A stretch of 64,000 bases of DNA, from positions 3,906,001 through 3,970,000 of the forward strand of contig CM120643.1 in assembly GCA_051362555.1 (NCBI GenBank). Reading direction: 5' to 3'. A model generated the notes under the pieces. It did no database searches. It was not told where the DNA came from and saw nothing but the letters and a program-made list of their open reading frames with translations. This stretch comes from Lingula anatina. Lineage: Eukaryota; Animalia; Brachiopoda. The stretch's first letter is position 1; every line of letters begins with the position of its first letter. Shown here piece after piece: positions 24,001-36,048 of the stretch. A program made the position numbers and the translations under genes.

Positions 24001-24380
24001 TTATATTTTAATTTGATCACCATTACATACGAGCAGTATCAAGATATAAATATGGTGATACAAAAATAAGTAAGTATGGTGATACAAAAATGATTTTCTG
24101 CATTTTCTGCATTTTACAAAAGCATCCTATATTTGAATTACTTATCATTGAATTGTTTCTGATAATAGTTTATGCACGAAGAATTGTTAAGGATATTACA
24201 GAGGATTCACATGAAAACAGTTACACTGCAAACAGTTACACCCATTTCATTTATGATTTTAGAGAGTGCTGCCAGAACCACCCAGAACAAGACTTCCAAA
24301 CATGGCAGATCCTGTGGAGCCAGTTATATGGAACAGTACAATTACACAACAAATGTGGGTTCCAGGTAACACAAAGAATC

Positions 24381-24691
24381 AATTTCTCCCATATACATGG
24401 AAACTATAGAGGTAGGGTATATAAAGCAAGGAGATTGTGTTGGACAATACTCTATCACTGAAGACGAATAGACAACATGGAAATGTTTAAAAGTGAATTG
24501 ATATTTCAGCTCAGTTGTGATGTGTTATAATAATTTTCCTCATATGCATGGAAACTGTTACAGTACTAGTAGAGGTAGTATATACAGCGAGATTGTGGTA
24601 GACAATATGCCATAGCTGAAGAGACCAAGAGGTCATTGAAAATGTTTAGATGTGAATTTATATTTCAGGTCAGATATGATGTGTTATAAAT
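24381..24691 (+). repeat. Diverged two-copy tandem duplication, ~155 bp per copy
   Basis: CATAT.CATGGAAACT...GAGATTGTG...GACAATA...AAATGTTTA...GTGAATT.ATATTTCAG.TCAG...GATGTGTTATAAAT occurs twice. Confidence 0.75.
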
Positions 24692-24979
24692 GGTCTCTGT
24701 TATTGCATGTGAGTGCATTAAGTTATAATTGCAAATTTTATCACATATTTATTATATACAGACACTTTCAGTCTGTCTATATTCTGATCACTGTGTCTGT
24801 CCAGTGTCATTGCCATAGTCAGCACTTTGTGACACATCTGTTGTTTGCCCTAAAACTGATAAACTGTTTTTTTGTTTTAAATTCCTCTAGAAAATCAGCA
24901 TGATTGGATTATTTTATGTTATTGTTTTGTTATCGTTAGCAGTTTGGATATGATGCTACAGTATTTCCTGAGTATATCA

Positions 24980-25660
24980 GATTAAAGCAGCAATGTAGAT
25001 GTGTTTGTGTATCAGGAGTGGTTTTAGTGTATCTGCCTGTTTCAATGTGGAGTTTGTGTGAAAACAACTAAGGCTTTTTCTTTTTTCATCATCTTGAACA
25101 ACGTCCAGGTATTTTTTCTTTTTTAAATGTATTTTTGAATTGGCAGTAGATGCTGGATTTAGATTTGTCCACAAGTTAACTGTGCAAGTTTTGTACGAAG
25201 CCACTGATGATGTGTTTTTTGAATGTGCTAAGGAATTTTTTGTGAGGATTCTGTTTTAACCATACATCTCCAAATCCGTTTCGAATAGAGAAGTTATCAT
25301 CTTTCAGATTTGACAAGCTTTTTGTTGAGAGTAATTTGTAATATTGTAATTCATCTGTAGGTTTGCTTGTTTAAGTAGGTTGTTATCATCCAAGTGTTAT
25401 ATTTTAAGCCAAAATTTTATTAATTGTATTTTATACTTTATGTGAGCAAGAATTCTTCCAGTCTCTCCTCTGCCTGCATACTTTGATGATAAAAGTTGTT
25501 TACAAAACCTGAGGTTAAGTTTTTACAATTTTTACTGTTAGAGTAGTATAGCCTCATAACTCTGATCTGTATGTTCATGACTCCATAATGCCCCAGCTTT
25601 GGACAGATGTTATTAAGTCTGTAATTTTCATTGTTTCTTGAGCACAAACATTTGGTTTTA
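24980..25660 (-). mobile_element. Decayed non-LTR retrotransposon ORF2 C-terminus (RTE-X/L2-like)
   Basis: Frameshifted minus-strand translation gives IKFWLKI, GFGDVWLKQ, YCQFKNTF..KYL and HKLHIETGRY. Confidence 0.75.
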
Positions 25661-27764
25661 TGGTCTCATTGCCTGAGTAAAATGGTCACGGGATATTTTA
25701 TTTGATTTTGAAATCCTTTGGTACGGTAATGAGCCAAGCATTTCGACGGGCCCAGTCAATCCGACCACAAAAATTATTTTATAAAATTAATTTTTCTAGG
25801 CTCAAACATTTAGTCCATACGTCAAAATCATGCGACAGAATTTTTTTCTTGTTCCGATTGTTCGACCACGTCGTCGGCAAGACTCGGTAAATTTTCAAGC
25901 CAGTGAAATAGATGCTGCGTGCCTCGGCCCTTTGTCAATTGTTGTCCTTTCAAAAGCTCTCGTCAATGAGGAAGAAACAATTAATTGAAGATCTAATCTG
26001 GAAACATGACGTACCTGTCATTTCCTTTGTCCCCGATGACAATAATAGTGCTTATAGACATACAAATTGTGCTAATTAAGCAGACTTGCCCTCGCTGACT
26101 GATTCATCACGCCCGTAACTGGGGAGGGGGGGGGGTTAAAAAAAAGGTCTATTCTGGATGAAACCAAATATCGACAGTGGGTAGAATACGTCGTAAACAC
26201 CTTCATATAGACCATATATAGCGTTTGCTAGCAATAAAAAGTTTGGGAGGAATAAGCAATTTATTTTCAAGTTCGATTGGAATATATATTCAGATGGGGA
26301 AACGTTCTTGAAGTCAACACCGCAAGATCTTACATTTACTACAATCGACCGAAAGATCAGATCGACCCAGACTTCTTGGCGCCAAATACCACGCGCTGTC
26401 AAAATCTGACGAGCACGTGTAGCTGTTCACCTACATGGATAACTGATTTGTCAACAATAAAAATGACGTCTTCCTTAACTCCATGGCAGCTTCATAGAGA
26501 GTTCCACTGGGTATTTACGTTACCTGTGAGTCACTTTCTATTTCCCCAGATGCATGAAATGTTGATAATATTTAGCGTAAACCACGAAGAACCCCATTCC
26601 TGTGACCCCCCTCTCTCAAAATGGGACCGTCTTCATTAACATGTGGTTTGCGCTATTCTGGAGCAGACCAGTTAAGACCAGTCCCTTATTTCTGCATGTG
26701 CTCAATTCTCACGTCAAATTATAAATGCACCTGTTTTTTGAAATTATGGCAATTAAATGATTTTTTTTACGTTTGGGTTGTATCAGTGGGGTTTTCAATA
26801 TGCACCGCGGTTTGTGCACAGCGAGAGTATATAAGTAAGAAAATCGGAAGAGTGCCAGCAAGATACTGTATGACTATCGGCACAGGTAGGCTCCGTATTT
26901 TGCCTTTTCTCAATATGTTTTAATATGACATGCTTTTAAATAAAATACTGAAAAGTAATTTGAAGTGACACTGATTTCCGTTTGAGTACCAGTTGGTATT
27001 CTTTCATACGGGTGATTGAATTCTCTTTGGAAGTACGTACGTCTACGCCTCGACGCTGAGCAAGCCGGGTTGAAAACAACTGATCTCAGACTGGTAAAAA
27101 ATTTCAATTTGGTTGATTTCAGTTGTCATATTAAAGAATATTTTATGAGTAATTTTACTAGTACTTATCTTCATTATATAAAGATGGTAATGCACTAACT
27201 GTATTGTATCGTCATTTGTATATCATATTGTACAAGGTCATGATAATCTATGTACCAGTACAGAAATAAATTGAATTGAATTGAATTGAATTAAAATTCA
27301 AATAACTAGTTTAAGTCCACTAAAGCTACCGGTTTCAAATATAAGTGACTGGCCTCTGTTTACAACACCTGTCTCCGGGGAAATACTCGTCCCACTTGTA
27401 CGTGAAGCGCATCATGGAAATGATCGTATGTGAGGGAAATATATAATTAGAAATTATAATTGTCGTCTTTTGTAATGTTAAGTAATGTTAGTACATATTG
27501 TACACAGCAAAATAAGATTTCAGAAGGAGGATAAAAAATGCCTGAAACACGTGTTAGGCGAAAATTGCGGCTTATCTTGCGTAACACTTCCGGTAAAATG
27601 CAATACTTCCGGAAAGATGGACGTTTTGGCAGATGCCCCTAACAATCCGACGATATCAAAGGTTTCCATTTGCTGTATTTTAATCAATTCGACCAAACTG
27701 ACATTTCCATGAAATTAATTAATTAATCTTGGTCGAATTGTTTGGCATATTACCGTATGCAGGT

Positions 27765-27965
27765 TACTTTAGTCGGGGAAGCACGTGGGAATGCTGAGCT
27801 CATTATCGCCTGCCCAATATATATAGCAGCACATCTGATGTCAGCATTTTTGCTTTTGATTATTGACTTCAGAAGAAGATTTAAAGAGGGTGGTAACAGT
27901 GATAGGTTTTGGGAAACAGAGCTAACATCTTTTTTAGTGGGATATATGTTGTTATGCTTTGGTAG
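27765..27965 (-). mobile_element. Fragment of an Academ-like DNA transposon ORF (N-terminal part)
   Basis: LLPPSLNLLLKSIIKSKNADIRCAAIYIGQAIMSSAFPR resembles the LP.SL..L...K.ASIGQAIMQA.RPR motif I associate with AcademX-type proteins. Confidence 0.55.
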
Positions 27966-28212
27966 GGCTCTACCATACTTGCCCAAACTGGAAACTCGAA
28001 TTTTACCAAGCAAAAAATAAACAGTGTTTATGTCTCTCTTCATTTCAATTTTATTCTGGTGTTTGGGGTTTCTATTCTGTGAAATATCTGAAATGTAGTG
28101 ATAGTCTTGGATATGTCTGAGATATTGCCTGAGACTATGCTTCAAATCTGCAATACAGAATATAAAGAGAATAATGAGTACAAATATTGTCATCCTTTCT
28201 TGTCAAATTTCC

Positions 28213-28874
28213 TAGCTTCTGGAAGAGTCACCCATCACAATCATCATTGACGCGACGGCGTCTCTGACCTCCATGCAGTCACCTGTCATACACCTTGTCT
28301 GCATCAAATGCCTCATATGATTCACCCTCAATGGAAATGAGAAGAAGGTTATCTAACATGCTGGTGGCTAAACTCTCCCGCTTATCTGTTTTCACTCTCT
28401 TCACTGCACTGAATCCACGTTCACAGACTGCTGAAGACATGGCAGTCACTAAAAAAAATTCCACTACCATACTGATGTTACTGAATCTTCTCTGTAATTC
28501 TTCATCTGTAAACAACATGGCCCATGTATCCTGAATGTGCGCAGCATCACGTCTACCCCTCACATTCACTCTGTTCATTACCAAAGCTTGAAGTGCTGGC
28601 CACTCCCTGAGAACTTGGTTCTGGTCACACTCAAGTCTCTGCAGCAACTCATTAAAATGAACCATGATTATAATTTGGAGATCAGCATTCCCTGTACAAC
28701 CACATTTATGAAAATTTCACGATATTTATGAAGATTTCACAATTTTTTGAAATTAAATATCTGTTCTTTTACTTTATTTTGAGACTTGCCTGATCGCATT
28801 CAGGTGAGTGGACTTGTCCGACATCGATGTCTACTTGCCCTGGGCAATCGGGCAATCCTCATTGTCGAGCCCTG
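28213..28874 (-). mobile_element. hAT transposon deletion derivative carrying the C-terminal dimerization domain (ZNF862-like)
   Basis: ORF 28279-28665 contains SSAVCERGFSAVKRVKTDKRESL..LDNLLLISIEG. Terminal GAGCCCTG (28867-28874) with TTGCCC/GGGCAA subterminal motifs. Confidence 0.85.
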
Positions 28875-28884
28875 GACAGTTAGG

Positions 28885-29625
28885 GACAGATTTGATGCGA
28901 GTTGCTCCAATCTTCCTATTTTGCAGCAACCTTCTGCTCTTGTGTGAGCTGTTTTCAATAAAACACCTGTCTAAGGTACATTTAACCTGGGCAAATTTGT
29001 CACTTTGCCAGGATGGGGTGTGTGTGACAAATCCTTCATCACACTCTTAATCGCTAGACGTGTACTTGATATCAATGGCGCTCTTGATTTGTGCCTGCTG
29101 CACCTCAGTCTGCCACCCTTGGGCTGACAGGCTCACCTCAGTCTGCCACCCTTGGGCTGACAGGCTCACCTCAGTCTGCCACCCTTGGGCTGACAGGCTC
29201 ACCTCAGTCTGCCACCCTTGGGCTGACAGGATCACCTCAGTCTGCCACCCTTGGGCTGACAGGATCACCTCAGTCTGCCACCCTTGGGCTGACAGGATCA
29301 CCTCAGTCTGCCACCCTTGGGCTGACAGGATCACCTCAGTCTGCCACCCTTGGGCTGACAGGATCACCTCAGTCTGCCACCCTTGGGCTGACAGGATCAC
29401 CTCAGTCTGCCACCCTTGGGCTGACAGGATCACCTCAGTCTGCCACCCTTGGGCTGACAGGATCACCTCAGTCTGCCACCCTTGGGCTGACAGGATCACC
29501 TCAGTCTGCCACCCTTGGGCTGACAGGATCACCTCAGTCTGCCACCCTTGGGCTGACAGGATCACCTCAGTCTGCCACCCTTAGGCTGACAGGATCTGCA
29601 GCGCCTTCAGCCTTCTTTTGGCTTT
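28885..29625 (-). pseudogene. Pseudo-exon of a C14orf93-like (TE-associated) protein with an in-frame 33-bp amplification
   Basis: After a poly-T/CAG acceptor it reads KAKRRLKALQ[ILSAQGWQTEV]x15 QQAQIKSAIDIKYTSSD*ECDEGFVTHTPSWQSDKFAQVKCTLDR, with the pattern K..RR..AL...Y.SS.E...F...P.W.S......LD and two internal stops. Confidence 0.55.
29101..29595. repeat. 33-bp minisatellite, 15 copies
   Basis: Unit CACCTCAGTCTGCCACCCTTGGGCTGACAGGAT; the first three units end in GGCT and the last has TTAGG. Confidence 0.98.
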
Positions 29626-30699
29626 CTGAAAAAAAAAAAAAGAATTCAATTAAAGTATGAGTATGTTCTGAAAAACCTTCCATCTAATTGGTTACCACAT
29701 TCACCGATACTCTGTCTTCTCCACGATATTCCAAAACTTTTTATAAAAAAAATACAGATTTAGAAGAAAAGATCAATCCAAAAACCGTACAGATTTAGAA
29801 AAAAAAAAGACTAAAAAAAGCTTTTGATAACTGCTATCTGTCTGTCTCTTGCTGAAAGGGATATGTATGCTCTATCTATAGAAAGCATGCCACATACTGT
29901 CATTGTCCTCTTCACCCTCTTGTCTGTTATTGTCCTCTTCACCCTCGTCTTTCATTGTCCCCACCTTCATAATCTCCCCCTCTTTCAAAATGACCTGGCC
30001 TAATTTTTCAACAAAACATATGAAAGACTGATTGTACAGGTTTATTCTTTTTGTTTAATGTCTTATATTACTCATTCATTTATTTTATTCATTACATTTT
30101 TTAGGTGTAGCTAATTCATTTTAAATTAAAATCAGTCTGAAGACAGTGTAGCAGCAGAGCCAGAGCAGAGGGTTTTTCATTGATCAGGCCTATCTCAATT
30201 TTTGAAAGTTTCTTGCAAAACACAAGGAGAAAGATTTTCAACCAGCATATCTCCTCTCCGTCGTTTTCCTGGTCAGGAGAAGTAGAAGTTGTGGATCTGG
30301 ACCTGTCAACAACACCATTAATAAGTGTCACCGCTTGGTTGAGGAGTCCTCCAATAGATTGGAGAAAGGTTCTATCTATTGACTCTGTTCGGTTGTGGGA
30401 CATTATATATATATTCTAGTTGAATAAAAAGGTGAAACTCGAGTAATCTGAGATGTTAAAATCCAAGTAGGCTGTCTTTCCTGTTCTTTTTCATGCTCTG
30501 CCTCTTCCTCCGGAATGGGAAACTGGAGAATAAAGTGAACACTTTGTGATCAAGCTAACTATAATTATAAATCCTGTTTAGTGGATAGAGACTTTATCAG
30601 ATGATATCAAGGAAAATATAATGTACAGTAACTGTAAGGAACTGGAAAAAATGAAAAATATCTATTCTTACCAAGAGATTAGACTGTCTTTCCTTTTCT

Positions 30700-31745
30700 T
30701 GTACATGAGACATTTCACATGTTTCTTTTGGCTTTCCCACACTTCCGCGATTTTTTCTGTGTTTAACAATGGTACACCAAGTGTGTCCCGTCCTGCAGGA
30801 CCACTGAAGGCTGCCAGCAGCTGGTTGATTAGACTTAATGTTTCTTTCTCACCCCTGGTGGTACGTCTGCAATGCAAAGCAAGCTCTTTCCAAGTCAGTG
30901 GTTTCATATTTTCATCTCTGTCAGTCGATGGATGCATTTCATTTGCCTTGGCATCAAGTAAGAGCTGGAGGTTGTCTCTGTCTCAGGTGAAGATGTACTT
31001 GCTGAGGGTGGATATGAAGACACTGTATAGAGGCTGGGAATCAGTGGTGCAGCCAGTAGATAGTCGTCTCATAAAATGCCAGATGTGCAGCCTGATGACC
31101 GTATCTTCCCAACTGTAAAAAAATCTTCTTCAGGTTTGTTTTACTACAACAGTCCCTATCCATATATACCAAAGTTGGAGGGGGTTCTCCTGCATCCCTT
31201 TACCTAGTAACCAGCCCCTGTGCCATTTTGGTCAAGCCGTGGCCCTCACCTGCAGTAATTACAGAGTTCAGGACTTGACTGTGCTCATTTCCAACATTTG
31301 TACACCACATTGCGGTCTTGGTTACCGCACCAGCTAATTTCTTGACGACCTTTTTAGTTGAATCAAGCTTTAAAATATTTCCAAACTGACTTGTCAGCAC
31401 TGCTTTCAGTTTGGGAAGCCTGTCCATGACATCAATGGCATATGCATGCATCAGCCATCTTGGTTGGGGAACATGCTCTCTGGGCGGAGGCTGAACAAAC
31501 GCTGGAGGGGCAATGAGACCTGTCTGGGAAGCTTTGTGGAAGGGATGGCAGTCTGACCCATACTGGACAACCTTCCTGAGCCAGGGGTCTGTTTGTTGTA
31601 CACGAAGCTTCTTTTGTATTTGTGAGCTTCTGATTCTTAGGCCCCTCTCTTGTAAAAGACTGATCACTTTAACATTGCAGGCCAACTTTGCTGTTAGAAC
31701 AGCTGGGAAGTAAAGTCCGTGGCCAACATCCAGCTGTTGGATTAT
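30700..31745 (-). mobile_element. Decayed DUF6729-type putative transposase ORF
   Basis: QLDVGHGLYFPAVLT, LKLDSTKKVVKKLAG, NVGNEHSQVLNSVIT, VYMDRDCC, RLHIWHFMRRLSTGCTT, ELALHCRRTTRG and GRDTLGVPLL occur in order, across stops and frameshifts. Confidence 0.7.
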
Positions 31746-31786
31746 GTCCATACTCCAACTCACCAGTTTCCAAACCAATCTAAAAG

Positions 31787-31817
<31 letters not shown>

Positions 31818-31819
<2 letters not shown>

Positions 31820-31945
31820 ATTCCAATTTGATTAGTCTTTGCGCCGCTAAAATATGTCTGTCATTCAGCCATCCATTTCCTAACAGTGTATTTATGTCCC
31901 CTTTGGTTAGCCTGACACCTCTAACAGTGAGATTTTCATCTTCAT
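31818..31945 (-). pseudogene. Fragment resembling the N-terminus of a Ulp1/C48 SUMO-protease domain
   Basis: LTKGDINTLLGNGWLNDRHILAAQRLIKLEF contains the WLND..I motif. Confidence 0.55.
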
Positions 31946-33129
31946 TTTGTGTCCTATCATTGTCTATAGCTGATATGGGATGGTTGCAATACCCTGAAAG
32001 GGATTTCAGCTGGTACTCAACCACACCCTCACTCTCACAGTTGGTACATATATTTTCTGTTATCTGAGATTGCAATATAAAATCAAATGATAAGTAGGTG
32101 TAGGATGTTAGCCTTTTACAATATGGGTTATATATGTATATATTTATATATAACATCAGCAGGCAAGATTATGTCCCTTCTCTAAAAGGATTTTAGAGGA
32201 AATTTTTACTCTAAAATCTGTCTTTAGTCAGGTTAGAAAAAGTAATCATTATAAATATATTTTTTTTATTCAAAAAGGGTATTTCAGCCATACTATGGCA
32301 ACATTAGATAAACATTTGGAGATGATAGATATGTAGTTCACATTTTAAATTGCAAAGTACAGATTCATTGCTCAAGACAATTCTTCAATTATAAGATGAA
32401 AATTTCAGTCTAACCTATATCCAGAAAAATGCACAATCTGAGGACGACACATATTAAAATGAATGCTTCTTAATGTATATTTGCCAATTCAGGATACATG
32501 TATCTAATTAAATCTACATTTGTCCTTTTATACAAATAATATTAATACAAATTATTTAAACATTACCGTTATAAGTTGCTATACCTGATAAACATCTTTT
32601 ATGTGTCTTTGGCTCACCCTTGGTAACTGTAGGTGGCAAAGGAAGAACAGGAGAAGGGCAACAAGGTATACTGGTAGAACGGTAATCCTCTCTTGGGCTA
32701 GTAATGTCTGTTGGTAGCTCTAAATCAGGAAATCTATTTTCAGTTTTTATTACCCAATATTAAACTATTCAGTTCTGTTTCATGTGCTAGTAATGTGCAT
32801 ACTTTGGTGTTGTTGTTGTTATTATTATTATAATTATTAAAAGCAGCACAGATTATGCAAAAATACTACGGAGCAACTAAAATCTAGAGTACTAAAACCA
32901 TCATCATCTATGTTCTCTTTGTTTTGGGAAGGTCTACATGGCTTGATCCTAATTAATTGTCCTGATTATATGTCTTTTCTAGTCATATATTTTCTCTACT
33001 GACATCTGTAATGTTTGTTCTACAAACCCATCACCATCTCCACATTCCATCAGTTGAAGGATTGTATTTTGTAGGAGTAAACTGTGGATACTGTGTTGTG
33101 AAGGTGAAAATATTCTGCACAGAAAACTG

Positions 33130-33345
33130 AGGAGCCCTGTGATACAGTGGTCAGGGCATGTGTCTTAATTCTCTCTTCAGGCTCACTTTTTATTCTGTGT
33201 CTTCAGATAATGCAGACTTGTTGATAAATCATTCTTCAACCTTTGACATTGATTAGCAGAAATGAACCCTTTGATCTGCCAAAAATCACACTGTTCTCTG
33301 AAAGCCCTTAAGCCTTTTGCGCCATCTGCTGCAATGTTAGCACAG
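33130..33345 (-). mobile_element. Decayed DNA transposase fragment (Sola3-like, tentative)
   Basis: NIAADGAKGL...RLKNDLSTSLHYLKT...CPDHCITGLLS resembles G LD...G..AF...YLK.DYK.H...DHC...ALS motifs; recalled by eye. Confidence 0.4.
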
Positions 33346-33439
33346 CTCTATGCCTTTCTGGCATATTTCTGTGGATCCAGGGTTCTCCTATCATCTGCAA
33401 ACCATTTTCCACAGGCAGAATCTGGCACAAACTAGTCCA

Positions 33440-33605
33440 ATTTTATTTTACTTAATTGTCATGTGATTTGTTAAAGAAGGTGGTGTAAGTGAGGCTCTCC
33501 AATCCGTTTTTACACGTTTCATTAGAGAAAAGCCCCTTTCTGCATCGGCACTGCTGACTGGAAGGACCATCACAATGGCCAAGAGAGCACAAATATTGGT
33601 TATTT
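33440..33605 (-). mobile_element. Second, distinct hAT transposase C-terminal dimerization-domain fragment
   Basis: TNICALLAIVMVLPVSSADAERGFSLMKRVKTDWRASLTP. Confidence 0.85.
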
Positions 33606-34149
33606 GTCTTTATGTACTGTCAGCATACTACTTAAGAAGGCAACAAGCTTACTATGTCCTGCCCCTTTTCATGAAACTCCAGCACAGATTTTTTTCAATA
33701 TAATTTCTTAGCAATTAGAAGTGGGTATTGACATATTTTCACGTTTTAGTTTGACGTAAAATTTATGAATGGATGCATATATGGTGATATTGAAATGTTG
33801 TTATAGAAATAACTTGTTCAAGATTATAGAGATATGATAAGGTTTATTTGGGTGCAAAGCTGAGGGACTGTGGAAGTATTGTATTCACACGTACTTGAAT
33901 GAAGTCAAAAGTAAAAGATGTGCTGGCATGCATTAGGTGTGTGAAAGTTATCTTCCAGAGTTTCTCAAAGGAAAGTAAAAGAGATAAACGTGACTGTTGA
34001 GGATATTTTGAACATTAAAAAACAACAAGAGTGGAAATCAATAAATAAATAATTTTAATATGACGAAAAAAACTGTACAGAAAATGTTGAATAAAATAGA
34101 CAAAAAACTCTGAAAAATTGATATCGTTAAGTCACTGAAGTAGACGAGG

Positions 34150-35579
34150 TACTGCTAAGCCGTGAAACGGTAGACCGTGCTGCTACTGAAACGAATAGCT
34201 GTAGAGCCGTTGGTCGGTAGATCGTGCTGTGGGCTGCTGAGACGAGTAGCTGCAGAGCCGTGGGTCGGTAGATCGTGCCATGGGCCGCTAAGACTAGTAG
34301 CTGCAGAGCCGTGGGTCGGTAGATCGTGCCATGGGCCGCTGAGACGAGTAGCTGCAGAGCCATGGGTCGGTAGATCGTGCAGTGGGCCACTGAGACGAGT
34401 AGCTGCAGAGCCGTGGGTCGGTAGATGTCGTCCCGTGCCGTGGGTCGGTAGATGTCGTGCCGTGCCGTGGGCCGCTAAGACTAGTAGCTGCAGAGCCGTG
34501 GGTCGGTAGATCGTGCCATGGGCCGCTGAGACGAGTAGCTGCAGAGCTGTGGGTCGGTAGATCGTGCCGTGGGCCGCTGAGAGGAGCAGCTGCAGAGCTG
34601 TAGCTCGGTAGATCGTGCCATGGGCAGCTGAGACGAGTAGCTGCAGAGCCGTGGGTAGGTAGATCATGCCGTGGGCTGCTGAGACGAGTAGCTACAGAGC
34701 CGTGAATCGGTAGATCGTGCCGCTGAGACGAGTAGCTGCAGAGCTGTGGGTCGGTAGATCGTGCCGTGGGCCGCTGAGACGAGTAGCTACAGAGCCGTGA
34801 ATCGGTAGATCATGCCGTGTGCCGCTGAGACGAGGTGGGCCGCTGCTGTAGAAGAATAGACTGAGCAGTAAAACTGCCCAGCTTATATACATTGGCCGTT
34901 GGTCGATAGATCGTGCTGTGGGCCGCTGAGACGAGTAGCTGCAGAGCCGTGGGTCGGTAGATCGTGCCATGGGCCGCTAAGACTAGTAGCTGCAGAGCCG
35001 TGGGTCGGTAGATCGTGCCATGGGCCGCTGAGACGAGTAGCTGCAGAGCCATGGGTCGGTAGATCGTGCAGTGGGCCACTGAGACGAGTAGCTGCAGAGC
35101 CGTGGGTCGGTAGATGTCGTCCCGTGCCGTGGGTCGGTAGATGTCGTGCCATGCCGTGGGCCGCTAAGACTAGTAGCTGCAGAGCCGTGGGTCGGTAGAT
35201 CGTGCCATGGGCCGCTGAGACGAGTAGCTGCAGAGCTGTGGGTCGGTAGATCGTGCCGTGGGCCGCTGAGAGGAGCAGCTGCAGAGCCGTAGCTCGGTAG
35301 ATCGTGCCATGGGCAGCTGAGACGAGTAGCTGCAGAGCCGTGGGTAGGTAGATCATGCCGTGGGCTGCTGAGACGAGTAGCTACAGAGCCGTGAATCGGT
35401 AGATCGTGCCGCTGAGACGAGTAGCTGCAGAGCTGTGGGTCGGTAGATCGTGCCGTGGGCCGCTGAGACGAGTAGCTACAGAGCCGTGAATCGGTAGATC
35501 ATGCCGTGTGCCGCTGAGACGAGGTGGGCCGCTGCTGTAGAAGAATAGACTGAGCAGTAAAACTGCCCAGCTTATATAC
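34150..35579. repeat. GC-rich 51-bp minisatellite organised as two 689-bp higher-order units
   Basis: Monomer GAGCCGTGGGTCGGTAGATCGTGCCATGGGCCGCTGAGACGAGTAGCTGCA; the variant pattern and unique tail (...GCTTATATAC) recur at 34881 and 35570. Confidence 0.95.
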
Positions 35580-35829
35580 ATGCTGCAGGTAAAAATCGTT
35601 CTGCTTCGAAAGAGTTAAAAAACGGGAGGGGGGTAGGGTAAACCGTCGCTGACACGTGACAAAATGTTATTTTGGCTAGTAATCTATAATAAATATCTGA
35701 TTCAAATTGAATAAAGTAACTTTTCTGATTTTGGAACCGAGACGGCAGTTCTGTTGTTTCTGACACCGACATCGCCCACTGATAGAGACTGTTTATTATG
35801 AATTAACACAAAAATTAACAGTCAGTTAC

Positions 35830-36048
35830 CTCCACATCTCTGCTGCCATTGATGTGACAGACCAGTCTTTCTTCAAATGAATTAAAACTGATGCGGTATT
35901 TAAATTCTACACAGTTGCCAACTTTTACAGGTGAACTGGAGTCATCACGCCAGAGACTGACAGGTATGGTGTCTGTGGTATCTGGAACCAAAATACTTCT
36001 CAGTTTTGCTGGCTTTCCTTTCACCATTAAATCCTTGGTACTTTCTTC
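35830..36048 (-). pseudogene. Isolated exon encoding an OB-fold (RPA/SSB-like) segment
   Basis: TTTTCACAG acceptor, GTAACT donor, 219 bp, phase 0-0; translation EESTKDLMVKGKPAKLRSILVPDTTDTIPVSLWRDDSSSPVKVGNCVEF shows the D.T..I.V.LW..G OB pattern. Confidence 0.55.

Noticed and set aside
27750-28193. 147-aa ORF with a hydrophobic N-terminus as a secreted protein
   Set aside because: Non-ATG start, and its C-terminal half is better explained as an Academ-like fragment.
29101-29595. CRISPR-like 33-bp repeat array
   Set aside because: Units abut with no unique spacers, there are no cas genes and the context is eukaryotic. The same applies to the 51-, 61-, 62-, 72- and 74-bp arrays.
29060-29660. 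Plus-strand repeat ORFs (TSVCHPWADRI)n and (PQSATLGLTGS)n
   Set aside because: By-products of a stop-free 33-bp unit; only the minus frame continues into protein-like flanks.
31200-32156. 318-aa ORF as one genuine protein
   Set aside because: The N-terminus is intron-like AT-rich sequence, frame continuity depends on a 31-nt homopolymer that is error-prone, and the downstream part is disrupted.
34127-35581. Many overlapping ORFs in the 51-bp array
   Set aside because: Open frames on both strands follow from a GC-rich unit divisible by 3; frames break at indels and show no domain.
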